Source: an uncultured Verrucomicrobiota bacterium
GTDB taxonomy: Bacteria; Verrucomicrobiota; Verrucomicrobiia; Limisphaerales; CAZFVY01
Reading direction: 5' to 3'
Assembly: GCA_964522665.1 (NCBI GenBank)
Contig: CAZFVY010000061.1
Location: 1-40,094 of the forward strand
DNA length: 40,094 nt
Shown here: piece after piece, positions 1-9,201 of the stretch
Position numbering within the stretch: the stretch's first letter is position 1
Layout: each line of letters starts with the position of its first letter
Translations under genes and position numbers: made by a program
Notes under the pieces: generated by a model
Databases searched by the model: none
What the model was told of the DNA's origin: nothing
The model's input: the letters and a program-made list of their open reading frames with translations, nothing else

Positions 1-830
1 ATCTCGCTCTCGACAACATTCGCACCCTTTTGGTTCGGCAATACGGCCGGGACCGCTCGCTGCTGCAACAGAAGTTGATGGCGGCGCAACAAAACCAGAT
101 CGAGGAATTGGTCGCGCGGCAGTTGATCCTGCATGAGTTCAAGACGGCCGGCTATAATCTGCCGGACAGCTTCGTGGAGGACGCGGTCAAACGAGACATT
201 CGGCAGCAGTTCGGCGACCGCCTGCATCTGACTCAAACGCTTCAGGAGCAGGGTGATACGTTCGAGAGCTACCGCGACCGGATTCGGGAGCGTTTCATCA
301 TCGAGGCGATGTACCGCAAGAACGTCAATTCGGAGATCATGATATCGCCGCACAAGATGGAGGCCTACTACCAGGAACATCAGGATAAATATAAATTGGA
401 GGATCAGGTCAAACTGCGGATGATTGTGATTACCAACCGCGTGGACGCGGTGGGCGAAGCGAAGAAACTGGGCGAGGAAATTTTGGCCAAACTGAAAGAA
501 GGCGCGCCGTTCGCGGAGATGGCGACCGTTTATTCGGAAAGCTCGCAGAGCAAGGAGGGCGGCAATTGGGGCTGGGTCGAGCGGTCGGTCTTGCGCAAAG
601 AGTTGGGCGACATCGCGTTCACGTTGAAGCCGGGCCAACGGAGCGGGGTGATCGAGCTGCCTGACGCCTGCTACTTGATGCTGGTCGAGGATTCGCGCGT
701 TTCCCACGTGCGGCCCATTTCCGAAGTGCGCTCCGACATCGAGAAAACGCTTTCGGCGGAGGAACACGAGCGGCTTCGCAAGCAGTGGATTCAGAAGCTG
801 AAGGCCAAGTCGTTCATCAGGTATTTTTAA
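1..830 (+). CDS. SurA/parvulin-type peptidyl-prolyl cis-trans isomerase, 5' end truncated by the window edge (frame is open from nt 3; the listed start at 30 is TTG)
   Basis: C-terminal half has a parvulin PPIase signature (VKLRMIV..GAPF..GGNWGWV..GQRSGVIELPDACYLMLVEDSR) preceded by a SurA-N-like helical region. Sits directly upstream of pdxA, as in the classical surA-pdxA operon. Confidence 0.72.
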   Translation, partial: LALDNIRTLLVRQYGRDRSLLQQKLMAAQQNQIEELVARQLILHEFKTAGYNLPDSFVEDAVKRDIRQQFGDRLHLTQTLQEQGDTFESYRDRIRERFIIEAMYRKNVNSEIMISPHKMEAYYQEHQDKYKLEDQVKLRMIVITNRVDAVGEAKKLGEEILAKLKEGAPFAEMATVYSESSQSKEGGNWGWVERSVLRKELGDIAFTLKPGQRSGVIELPDACYLMLVEDSRVSHVRPISEVRSDIEKTLSAEEHERLRKQWIQKLKAKSFIRYF

Positions 831-965
831 CTTTCTCGACTTGCCGATGACGGCGGCGTTTTGTGGCGCCAGTTCGTCAGGCGGCAGACGGGCAATCGAC
901 GGAATGGACTTGGTGGATTGCCCGAGTCGAGGTTTCAAGCCTTCCACCCTTAACGCTTTAACAAA

Positions 966-1964
966 ATGACCGGCTGGATTGGCATTTCATTGGGCGATGT
1001 GACCGGGGTGGGTCCGGAGGTCGCGCTGAAGGCGGTCGCGGCGGAGGCGGAGACCGACGAGACGCGGTATTTGTTTATCGGAGATGAGGGGTGCCTGAGC
1101 CGTATGCGCGAGGCCTTGCGACTGCCGATGCAGTGGCAAAAATTCACCGGAACAGGGCAGTCAGGACGGTTCTTTTTCCATGCGCCGTCCGCGGCAGCGT
1201 TGCCGGCTGGACTCCCAAAGGGGTCTCCGTTGGCGGCGCGGGCCGCGTTGGACAATCTGCGAGCCGGCGCGGAGTTCTGCTCGCGGGGGGGAGTGGACGC
1301 GTTGATTACGGCGCCGGTAAATAAAGAGGCGATCATTCGAACCGGCGAGCGATTTGTCGGGCAAACGGAGTTTCTTTCGGAATTAGCGGGGACCGACCGG
1401 ACGGCGATGATGCTGCTGGGAGAGGATGAACTTCATCGCTGGCTGCGGGTCGCGCTGGTGACTACCCACTTGCCCCTGCGGTTGGTCGCTGAACATATCA
1501 CGCAACCGAAAGTCGAGCTGGCGATCGAGTTGGCGGTGTCCGCGTGCCGTGATCTGGGACTTCCGCGCGCGCGGATCGGAGTATGCGGCCTCAATCCCCA
1601 TGCGGGCGAAGGGGGCAAACTTGGGGACGAGGAAATTACAGTCATTACGCCGGCCGTCGAAGCGCAGCGCCGCCGGGGTGTGGATGCCATCGGCCCGGTC
1701 GCGGCGGACACGTTGTTCTATTATGCTTTCAAGGGTGATTACGACGCGGTGGTCGCGATGTACCACGATCAGGGATTGGCGCCGCTGAAAATGATCGGAT
1801 TTGAGACCGGGGTCAATTGGACGCTGGGCTTGCCGTTCATAAGAACCTCGCCCGATCATGGAACCGCGTACGACATCGCGGGCAAAGGGGTGGCGAACCC
1901 GGCGAGCATGCAGTCGGCGATCCGGCTGGCAAAGCGCCTCGCGCGGCAGCGCGGCCCGAAGTAG
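966..1964 (+). CDS. pdxA: 4-hydroxythreonine-4-phosphate dehydrogenase PdxA
   Basis: ATG start at 966. PdxA family motifs GDVTGVGPEV, GLNPHAGEGG and TSPDHGTAYDIAGKG. Length of 332 aa is typical. Confidence 0.9.
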   Translation: MTGWIGISLGDVTGVGPEVALKAVAAEAETDETRYLFIGDEGCLSRMREALRLPMQWQKFTGTGQSGRFFFHAPSAAALPAGLPKGSPLAARAALDNLRAGAEFCSRGGVDALITAPVNKEAIIRTGERFVGQTEFLSELAGTDRTAMMLLGEDELHRWLRVALVTTHLPLRLVAEHITQPKVELAIELAVSACRDLGLPRARIGVCGLNPHAGEGGKLGDEEITVITPAVEAQRRRGVDAIGPVAADTLFYYAFKGDYDAVVAMYHDQGLAPLKMIGFETGVNWTLGLPFIRTSPDHGTAYDIAGKGVANPASMQSAIRLAKRLARQRGPK

Positions 1965-2096
1965 CGGCCGACGGCGCCGGACGAGCGAAATCAAGGCGGG
2001 TGTGCGCCAAGACGCACAGTTCTCAAGCGGCGAGATTTCGGGTTTAACTTACGCGCACAACGATTTACACCACTCGAAGTCGAGTTGATTAACGAT

Positions 2097-2126
2097 TTGC
2101 CATTGGGGCGGCGGTTTGAATAATCT
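2097..2126 (+). promoter_or_regulatory. Candidate sigma70-type promoter, TTGCCA-17-ATAATC, about 20 nt upstream of the 2148 start
   Basis: Hexamers were read directly from the sequence in the 184-bp intergenic region between pdxA and the following operon. It is a motif match only. Confidence 0.25.
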
Positions 2127-2147
2127 CAGTGGGTCACTATTAGATAA

Positions 2148-3119
2148 ATGCAGCAATTCATTACCATTGCTACGAATGCGCTCATGGAACTGGTGCGGCA
2201 ACCGGTCTTCCTGTTGCTGACCACGTGCTCGGCGTCGTTCGGCGTATTTTTGGCGGCGGTCCCGTATTTCGGGTTTGGGGACGATCCGAAGCTGGTTAAG
2301 GATAGCGTTTTGGCGGCAATGTTGTTGGCGGGGCTGTTTGGCGCGGTCCTGAGCGCTTCGGCGTCGGTGGCGCACGAGATTCGCTCAGGTACGGCTCTGG
2401 CGGTGCTGGCCAAGCCGGTGGGACGGGCGCAGTTTCTGCTGGCGAAGTACGTTGGTCTGGCGCTGGCGTTGACGATTCTGACCTACATCAATGGCTTGAG
2501 CGCGCTCCTGGCCAGCCGGATGGCGTACGACGCGTATGGCTCGACCGATTTATTCGGGCTCAAGATCTATGCGGCGGGGGTGGCGATGGCGTATGCGATC
2601 GGGGGATTTACGAACTACTTTCTGCGGCGGCCGTTTGTTTCGGACGCGATGATTTCGCTCGTGGTCACGATGACGATCGCGTTCGTCGTGATCAACTTTT
2701 TCGATAAGGAGGGCCAAGTGCAGAGTTTCGCGAAAGGAGTTGATTGGCACATGGTTCCGGCGTCCATCCTGATTCTTTTCGCGCTGTGGATTTTGGCGGG
2801 TCTGGCCTTGGCCTGTTCGACCCGGCTGGAGGTTATTCCGACGCTCGCGATCTGCTCGGGATTGTTCGTGCTGGGGCTGATGTCGGATTACTTGCTTGGC
2901 CGCCCCGCTGAAACGGCGCCGCACGGGTTATCGATGGTTTATTCAGCGCTTTATACGATCATTCCGAATTGGCAGTTGTTTTGGCTGGCGGACGCGATTG
3001 ACGGGGGAAAATCGATCCCTTGGGCGTATGTCGGCAAAGCCTTTGGCTACGTGGTTGGTTATTTGGGAGCGTCGTTGGCGCTGGGCGTGCTACTTTTTGA
3101 GGATCGGGAGCTAAACTGA
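2148..3119 (+). CDS. Polytopic membrane protein, ABC-2 family permease-like
   Basis: About 6 predicted hydrophobic helices. HEIRSGTALAVLAKPVGRAQFLLAKYVG resembles the conserved E..GT...L...P..R...l.gK loop of ABC-2/NosY-type permeases. Only 8 bp before the next gene. Confidence 0.45.
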   Translation: MQQFITIATNALMELVRQPVFLLLTTCSASFGVFLAAVPYFGFGDDPKLVKDSVLAAMLLAGLFGAVLSASASVAHEIRSGTALAVLAKPVGRAQFLLAKYVGLALALTILTYINGLSALLASRMAYDAYGSTDLFGLKIYAAGVAMAYAIGGFTNYFLRRPFVSDAMISLVVTMTIAFVVINFFDKEGQVQSFAKGVDWHMVPASILILFALWILAGLALACSTRLEVIPTLAICSGLFVLGLMSDYLLGRPAETAPHGLSMVYSALYTIIPNWQLFWLADAIDGGKSIPWAYVGKAFGYVVGYLGASLALGVLLFEDRELN

Positions 3120-3126
3120 GGACGGC

Positions 3127-5010
3127 ATGGAACGAAACATTCAACGGCTTGGTTTGATCAACTGGTTGACGCTGCTGCTGGTCGCGGCGGCGATGGAGTT
3201 GGTCTCGGTTTACGCGGTATCGGCGGCGGGCCAAGTGGCGGTCGTCTTCCTGGTGGTCGGTTTTCTGGTCGCGGCGCTGAGCTATTTCCAGATGCGGCTC
3301 GAGGCGGCCGAACGCCGCGAAAAGCTTGAGTTTCAAGAGTTGTCGAAAGCGCCCCCAGGTTCCGATCTTTTTGCTTCAACGGCGGCCGATACCTTCCTGG
3401 CCCAACGTTCCCGTGAACAGTTTGAACGCTACTTCCTGCCGGGATTCACGATCCTGCTCTTCCTGGGCCAGGCGGCGGCGGTTTATTCGCTGTGGCGCTG
3501 GCTGCCGAAGGCGCCGTCCCCGATCGTGGGCCGGGTCACGATCGCGATGGCGTTGGACGCCCTCTTTGCCCTGGTGCTTTTCCTCCTCGGCAAATACTCG
3601 GCGGGGTTGGCCCGGCTCGAAGGTCAGCGGCTGCTGCGGCCCGCGGCGGGCTACATGCTGCTGGGATCGTTCCTCTGCTTCGTGGCCGCGCTGGCGCAGG
3701 CGGGAACTTGGTTTGAGTTCGCGCGCCTCGACTGGCAGGTCGCCCGGGGCATTTGCGTCGTCCTCGGTTTGGCCGCGGTCGAGACGCTGATCAATTTGGT
3801 GTTGGAGATTTACCGCCCTCGGGTCAAAGGCAAGGGCGCGCGGCTGTTGTATGAAAGCCGGCTGATCGGGCTGCTCGGGCAACCGGGTGGGATTGTCACG
3901 ACGCTCGCGCAGGCCCTCGACTACCAATTCGGGTTCAAGGTCTCCGAGACTTGGTTTTACCAGTTTTTGGAGAAGGCGTTGGCCTGGATCATTTTGCTCC
4001 AGCTCGGGGTGTTATTCCTCTCGACGACGTTCGTCATCATTGAGACCGACGAACGCGGTCTGTTGGAACATTTTGGACAACCGCCGGCGACGGGTGGCCT
4101 GCTCCAGCCGGGCCTCCATTTCAAGTGGCCATGGCCCATCGACAAGGTCTATCGCCACCGGACCGAATCCATTCAGTCATTTGAGGTTGGCTTCAAGGAA
4201 GACCCCGCCTTGGAAGCGGGCCGGACGGTGCTTTGGACCAAAGCTCACATGAAGGATGAGGTCAACATGCTCGTCGCGAGTCGGGAAGGGAACAATGACT
4301 CCTCGGGCGGCTCGGCGAACAGCGAGCAGGCGGTTCCGGTCAACCTGATCACGGCGACCATCCCGGTCGAGTATGTGATCAATGATTTCAACGCCTGGAC
4401 CTATCGTTATTCCGACGCGGGCGAATTGCTCGAGAAGATCGCGACGCGCGAGGTCGTCTGTTACTTCGTCAACGTCGATATCGATGAGTTGATGTGCGCC
4501 GGGCGGTTGGCGGCGTCGGAAACCTTGCGGCAGCGCATCCAGGCCCGTGCCGATCAGTACAAGCTCGGCGTGCGCATCCTGCTCGTCAGCCTCGAACACT
4601 TGCATCCGCCGGTCAAGGTCGCGGACGCCTACGAAATGGCGATCGGAGCGTTGCAGGAGAGGGAAACCAATATCCTGGCGGCCGAGTCGTACGCGGTCGA
4701 TTTTATCCCGTACTCGCACGCGGCCGCGACGAACGCGGTGTTGGTGGCCGAGGCCGAGCGGCTCGGCCGGTCGGTCGGCGCGGCGGCGGAGGCCAATCAA
4801 TTCACCAATCGGCTGGCTGCCTATGCGGCGTCGCCAAGCGTCTATACTCAGCGCGCCTACCTCGAAACGCTGGCACGGGCGATTCTGCCGACGCGCAAAT
4901 ATGTTTTGGCCGCGACGAACACGCATGACGTGGTCATCCTCGACCTCGAGGAGAAGTTCGACCGCAGCCTGCTCAACGACGTGACGGCTCCGCCGCCCGG
5001 CAAGAAGTGA
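3127..5010 (+). CDS. Fusion protein: N-terminal polytopic membrane domain (~280 aa) followed by an SPFH/band-7 (HflK-like) domain
   Basis: GGAGG-type SD 5 nt upstream of the ATG. N-terminal ~6 TM helices, another TM (LAWIILLQLGVLFLSTTFVII), then the HflK/HflC core signature ETDERGLLEHFGQP..LQPGLHFKWPWPIDKVYRHRTESIQSFEV. Long Ala-rich C-terminal tail. Confidence 0.7.
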   Translation: MERNIQRLGLINWLTLLLVAAAMELVSVYAVSAAGQVAVVFLVVGFLVAALSYFQMRLEAAERREKLEFQELSKAPPGSDLFASTAADTFLAQRSREQFERYFLPGFTILLFLGQAAAVYSLWRWLPKAPSPIVGRVTIAMALDALFALVLFLLGKYSAGLARLEGQRLLRPAAGYMLLGSFLCFVAALAQAGTWFEFARLDWQVARGICVVLGLAAVETLINLVLEIYRPRVKGKGARLLYESRLIGLLGQPGGIVTTLAQALDYQFGFKVSETWFYQFLEKALAWIILLQLGVLFLSTTFVIIETDERGLLEHFGQPPATGGLLQPGLHFKWPWPIDKVYRHRTESIQSFEVGFKEDPALEAGRTVLWTKAHMKDEVNMLVASREGNNDSSGGSANSEQAVPVNLITATIPVEYVINDFNAWTYRYSDAGELLEKIATREVVCYFVNVDIDELMCAGRLAASETLRQRIQARADQYKLGVRILLVSLEHLHPPVKVADAYEMAIGALQERETNILAAESYAVDFIPYSHAAATNAVLVAEAERLGRSVGAAAEANQFTNRLAAYAASPSVYTQRAYLETLARAILPTRKYVLAATNTHDVVILDLEEKFDRSLLNDVTAPPPGKK

Positions 5011-5023
5011 TTTAGCAATCCTC

Positions 5024-5926
5024 ATGAAACCCAATTCCATTACCTTGATCACCGGCTTGTTGCTGGTCGTTATTTTCGGGGCCATGCTGTTTACCTTTCA
5101 GGTGCGGCAGACCGAAATCGACGTGGTGACCACCTTCGGGAAGTACTCGCGCAGCATCGATCAACCCGGACTCCAGTTCCGCGCGCCGTGGCCGATCCAA
5201 CGGGTGTATGAATTCGACAACCGCATCCAAAACTTCGAGCGGAAGTACGAGCAAACCACCACGCGGGACGCGCTCAACGTCATCATTTCAGTGTATGTCG
5301 GCTGGCGCATCGTCGATCCGCGCCTGTTCCTGGAGCGCTTCAACGGCGACATCGCCAACGCCGAGTTAACCCTCGAGCCGCTGGTACGCAACGCGAAGAC
5401 CGGCGTCATCGGCAAGCATCCCTTCAGTGACTTGATTTCCACAAACCTGGCGGACATCAAATTCGACCAGATTGAAAAGGAAATGCTGGCGGCGATTCAA
5501 CCGCCGGCGCGGACGAATTACGGCGTCGAGGTGGAACTGCTCGGCATCAAGCAAATCGGCCTGCCGGAGAGCATCACGGCCAAAGTATTCGAGCGGATGC
5601 GCGCCGAGCGGATGCGGTTGGTGAAGAAATACCAATCGGACGGCGAAAAAGAGGCCGCCATCATCCGGGCCAACGCGAACAGCGAGACCAACCGGGTTCT
5701 GACCTTCGCGGCCGCGGAAGCGACCAAAATCCGCGGTGAAGCGGAAAAAGAGGCCGCGCGTTCCTATGACATCTTTGCGCAAAGCCCGGACTTGGCGATT
5801 TTCCTTTTCCAGCTCAAGACCCTCGAACAATCCCTCAAGGAGCGGGCGACCCTTTTGCTGGATGAGCGGACACCTCCGTTCAATATGTTGAACGGCCAGG
5901 TGGTCGGCCCCTCGACGTCGAAATAA
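5024..5926 (+). CDS. SPFH/band-7 protein, HflC-like
   Basis: N-terminal TM anchor (ITLITGLLLVVIFGAMLF), then VRQTEIDVVTTFGKYSRSIDQPGLQFRAPWPIQRVYEFDNRIQNFE, typical of HflC. 13-bp gap from the upstream gene. Confidence 0.75.
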   Translation: MKPNSITLITGLLLVVIFGAMLFTFQVRQTEIDVVTTFGKYSRSIDQPGLQFRAPWPIQRVYEFDNRIQNFERKYEQTTTRDALNVIISVYVGWRIVDPRLFLERFNGDIANAELTLEPLVRNAKTGVIGKHPFSDLISTNLADIKFDQIEKEMLAAIQPPARTNYGVEVELLGIKQIGLPESITAKVFERMRAERMRLVKKYQSDGEKEAAIIRANANSETNRVLTFAAAEATKIRGEAEKEAARSYDIFAQSPDLAIFLFQLKTLEQSLKERATLLLDERTPPFNMLNGQVVGPSTSK

Positions 5927-5937
5927 CCGTAGCGGCC

Positions 5938-7059
5938 ATGAGCGACTCTACTACTCCCAGTTCGCCTCCTCCCGCGGCGCCCGAGCCAAACGGCGCTCCC
6001 GGGCAGGCGGCGCCGATGATGGAGGATGCCGGAACCCAGGCGCTGTCGGACGCGTTGAGCAGCAGTTTCCGGATCGTCAAAGCGCTGATGGCGCTGCTGG
6101 TGGTCATCTTTCTCGCTTCCGGGATGTTCACGGTCGAAAACAATCAGATCGCGGTGAAGTTGCGCTTCGGCCGGCCGGTTGGAGTGGGGGAAGAGCAGCG
6201 TTTGAAGCCGGGCTGGCATTGGGCGTTTCCGTATCCAATCGACGAAGTGGTGAAGATTCCGGTCGGCCAGAGCCATACGATTACCTCGACGGTCGGCTGG
6301 TACGCCATTTCCCCGGAGGAAGAGGCGGCCAATGTTGAGCCGCAACCGAGAGTCTCGATGACGCCGGGCGTCGATGGGTACGCGTTAACCGCGGACGGCA
6401 ACATCATCCATGTGCGGGTGAATCTGAAGTACCGGATCACCGACCCGGTGCGTTACGCCTTTCATTTCGCCAGTATTACCAATCTGCTGCAGCACGTGGT
6501 GGACAACGCGTTGCTCTACGCGGCCTCCCATTACCACGCGGACGTGGCGCTTTATAAGGATACGATCGGGTTCAGTGAGATGGTGCTGGGCCGGGTGACG
6601 CAGATTATCGACGATCAGAAGCTGGGCATCACGCTCGATCCGAGCGAAGTGCGGACGACGGCGCCGCTGGATGTGCGGCCGGCGTTTGACGCGGTGTTGA
6701 CCGCGCAGCAGCAGGGGCGCACGCGGGTGAGCGACGCGCAGGCGTACGCGACCTCGTTGACGAACACCGCGGTCGCCTTCGCGCGAGTGATCTCCAACGA
6801 CGGCGTTACCGCCAGCAATCAGATTGTGCAAAACGTCGCGGCGGAAGCCAAATCGTTCGCCGACCAATTGCCTTCGTACCGCACGGACCCGGCGCTCTTC
6901 AAGAAACGCCGCCTGGCGGAGACGTTGGAAAAAGTTTTCTCGAACGCGGAAGAAAAATTCTTCATCCCGGCGCGTCTCGATGGCCAACCGCGGGAACTGC
7001 GCTTACAGTTGAATAGCGGGCCGCCCAAGCCGAAGCCTGAGCCGACCGCGAAACCGTAG
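5938..7059 (+). CDS. SPFH/band-7 protein, HflK-like
   Basis: Pro/Ala-rich N-terminus, TM (ALMALLVVIFLASGMF), then VENNQIAVKLRFGRPVGVGEEQRLKPGWHWAFPYPIDEVVKIPVGQSHTITS, typical of HflK. Lys/Pro-rich C-terminal tail. Confidence 0.75.
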   Translation: MSDSTTPSSPPPAAPEPNGAPGQAAPMMEDAGTQALSDALSSSFRIVKALMALLVVIFLASGMFTVENNQIAVKLRFGRPVGVGEEQRLKPGWHWAFPYPIDEVVKIPVGQSHTITSTVGWYAISPEEEAANVEPQPRVSMTPGVDGYALTADGNIIHVRVNLKYRITDPVRYAFHFASITNLLQHVVDNALLYAASHYHADVALYKDTIGFSEMVLGRVTQIIDDQKLGITLDPSEVRTTAPLDVRPAFDAVLTAQQQGRTRVSDAQAYATSLTNTAVAFARVISNDGVTASNQIVQNVAAEAKSFADQLPSYRTDPALFKKRRLAETLEKVFSNAEEKFFIPARLDGQPRELRLQLNSGPPKPKPEPTAKP

Positions 7060-7066
7060 AATATTT

Positions 7067-9127
7067 ATGCAAGTGACATCTTTGATGAGCCGCGAGGAAC
7101 CGGCGTCCGGCCCGGGTTGCTGCGATCATGACCACGACCACGGGCACGATCACGGCCACGACCATGAGCATGTGCCGGTGCGATTGAAGCAGACGTTCAT
7201 CGGCCTCGTGTTCGTCGTAAACTCCTTCCTGGTCGATTGGTTTTTTGAAAAAGGGACGACGGTTGCCGGCTTGAGCGCGATGATCGGCGCGGCGTTGCTT
7301 GGTTATCCGATCATCATGACCGCGATCAAAGACCTGGCGCGGGGCGTTCTGAGCATCAACGAGTTGGTGGCGCTGGCGGTCATCGCGTCGTTTGCGTCGG
7401 GCGAATTTCAGATCGGCAGCTACGAAGTGGGCGGCTATCAGATCGCCGGGATCGTGGCGTTTTTCATGTTGTTGGGTGAGATCATCGAGACGCGGACCGC
7501 GGCCGGCGCGCGCGCGTCGATCGAACTGTTGATCAAATTGACGCCGACGAAGGCCCGCCGCATCACGCCGCGCGGGGAGGAGGAAGTGGCGACCAAGGAC
7601 CTCGCGGTGGGCGATTTGATCCGGGTCCGCCCAGGCGACAACGTGGCGGCCGACGGCAAAATCGAGAACGGCCAGGGTTCCTTTAATCAGGCCAACATTA
7701 CGGGCGAGTCTCTGCCGGTGGATAAGAAGCCGGGCGATGAAGTGTTCGCCGGCACCCAGAATTTGACGGGCGTGCTGGAAATTCGCGTCACCCGCGCCGG
7801 CCAGGACACGACGTTAGGCAAGGTGCGCGATTTGATCCTGGCGGCGGAGAAGACGAAACTGCCGATCATGCGCATCATCGACCAGTACATGGGCTTTTAC
7901 ACGCCGTTGGTGCTGGTGATCTCGGCGCTGGTGTGGGCGTTTACCAAAGACATGAGCCGGGTGATCTCCGTGCTCGTCGTCTCGTGCCCCTGCGCGTTTA
8001 TTCTGGCCACGCCGACCGCGATGGTCGCGGCGCTCTCGGCCGCCGCGCGCCTGGGCATTTTAATCAAGAACGTCGGTGACATCGAATTGGCGGCCAAGAT
8101 CAACGCGTTCATTTTCGACAAGACCGGCACGCTGACGACCGGAAAACTCGCGGTCACGCGACTGGCTCCGTTGGGCGGCGTGACGCCCGCCGAGTTATTG
8201 CATGTCGCCGCTTCGGCCGAAAAGTACAGCAACCATCCCACCGCCAAGGCGCTGGCCCAATTGGCCGAAGAGGCCGAAGTGCCGGTCACCGACCCGGTCG
8301 ATTTCGCGGAAACCGCGGGTCGCGGCATCAAGGCGCGGGTCGATGGCGCCGCGATCGTGATTGGCCGCGCGCAATGGCTCAAGGATAGCGGCATTCCGCA
8401 GGATTTTCTGCAATCAGTCGATTTGAACGAAACGGAAGGCTTCAGCCTTATCTTCGTGGCCCGCGATGGCCGGTGTATCGGGTGGGCCGGCCTGCAAGAC
8501 CAGACCCGTTCGGAAGCCAAGGAAGCGCTCGCGGGTTTGCAGCGCCTCGGCGTTCACCGCATCGCGATGGTTTCGGGCGACCGTCAGCCGGTCGCCGCGC
8601 GAGTCGCGCGGGAAATCGGTTGCGGCGAGGTCGCCGCCGACTGCCTGCCGCAGGACAAGGTGGAATACGTGCGGCAGTTTCGCGCGCGGGGCTATCGCGT
8701 GGCGGTCGTCGGTGACGGCGTGAACGACGCGCCGGCGCTCGCGGCTGGCGACATGGGAATCGCGATGGGCGTCGCCGGGAGCGAAGTGGCCATCCACAGC
8801 GCGACGATCGCGCTGATGAACAACGACCTGCGCCGGCTGCCGTTCCTCGTTCGTTTGTCGCGGCAGACCCGTTCCGTGATCAATCAGAATTTTCTGTTCG
8901 GCCTCGCGTTCATCGTCGGCGGCCTGGGCTTGGCGGCGTTCGGCTATCTGAACCCGATCGTGGCGGCGATTATGCACAACGTCGGCTCGCTGATCGTGAT
9001 TTTCAACAGCGCCCGGCTCGTCCGCGAGGGCGAAGAACTGGAGCCGTTCCATCACGCGGCCATCGAGGCCGAAGGCCCGGGCGCGGGCGGAAGTCCGACG
9101 CCGAGCCTGACGCCGCGTCCGGCCTAA
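7067..9127 (+). CDS. Heavy-metal-translocating P1B-type ATPase (Zn/Cd/Co/Cu class, substrate not assignable)
   Basis: CPC in TM6 (VSCPCAFILATP), DKTGTLT phosphorylation site, GDGVNDAPAL hinge, TGES actuator (ITGESLPV). N-terminal CC-DHDHDHGHDHGHDHEH metal-binding stretch and no canonical HMA/CxxC domain. Confidence 0.9.
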   Translation: MQVTSLMSREEPASGPGCCDHDHDHGHDHGHDHEHVPVRLKQTFIGLVFVVNSFLVDWFFEKGTTVAGLSAMIGAALLGYPIIMTAIKDLARGVLSINELVALAVIASFASGEFQIGSYEVGGYQIAGIVAFFMLLGEIIETRTAAGARASIELLIKLTPTKARRITPRGEEEVATKDLAVGDLIRVRPGDNVAADGKIENGQGSFNQANITGESLPVDKKPGDEVFAGTQNLTGVLEIRVTRAGQDTTLGKVRDLILAAEKTKLPIMRIIDQYMGFYTPLVLVISALVWAFTKDMSRVISVLVVSCPCAFILATPTAMVAALSAAARLGILIKNVGDIELAAKINAFIFDKTGTLTTGKLAVTRLAPLGGVTPAELLHVAASAEKYSNHPTAKALAQLAEEAEVPVTDPVDFAETAGRGIKARVDGAAIVIGRAQWLKDSGIPQDFLQSVDLNETEGFSLIFVARDGRCIGWAGLQDQTRSEAKEALAGLQRLGVHRIAMVSGDRQPVAARVAREIGCGEVAADCLPQDKVEYVRQFRARGYRVAVVGDGVNDAPALAAGDMGIAMGVAGSEVAIHSATIALMNNDLRRLPFLVRLSRQTRSVINQNFLFGLAFIVGGLGLAAFGYLNPIVAAIMHNVGSLIVIFNSARLVREGEELEPFHHAAIEAEGPGAGGSPTPSLTPRPA

Positions 9128-9201
9128 CGGCAACGCGCCAAAAGACGGCGAAGCGAGCGCGCTGAGCGGATTTGGACCAACACCGGAATGTTTCTTGAAT
9201 T

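Noticed and set aside
950-1994. Multiple ORFs antisense to or out of frame with pdxA (950..1336-, 1091..1324+, 1161..1364-, 1383..1994-, 1433..1711-)
   Set aside because: Arg/Pro/Ala-rich translations typical of alternative frames in high-GC DNA. They are fully contained within the well-supported pdxA gene.
3158-5085. Long antisense ORFs within the SPFH genes (e.g. 4177..5085-, 302 aa; 3376..3927-, 183 aa)
   Set aside because: Composition is dominated by R/P/G/A and no motifs. The sense strand encodes clearly recognisable HflK/HflC-like proteins.
7126-7170. GACCAC/GGCCAC hexamer-like repeats
   Set aside because: They encode the DHDHGHDHGHDHEH metal-binding stretch of the ATPase, not a regulatory or mobile repeat.
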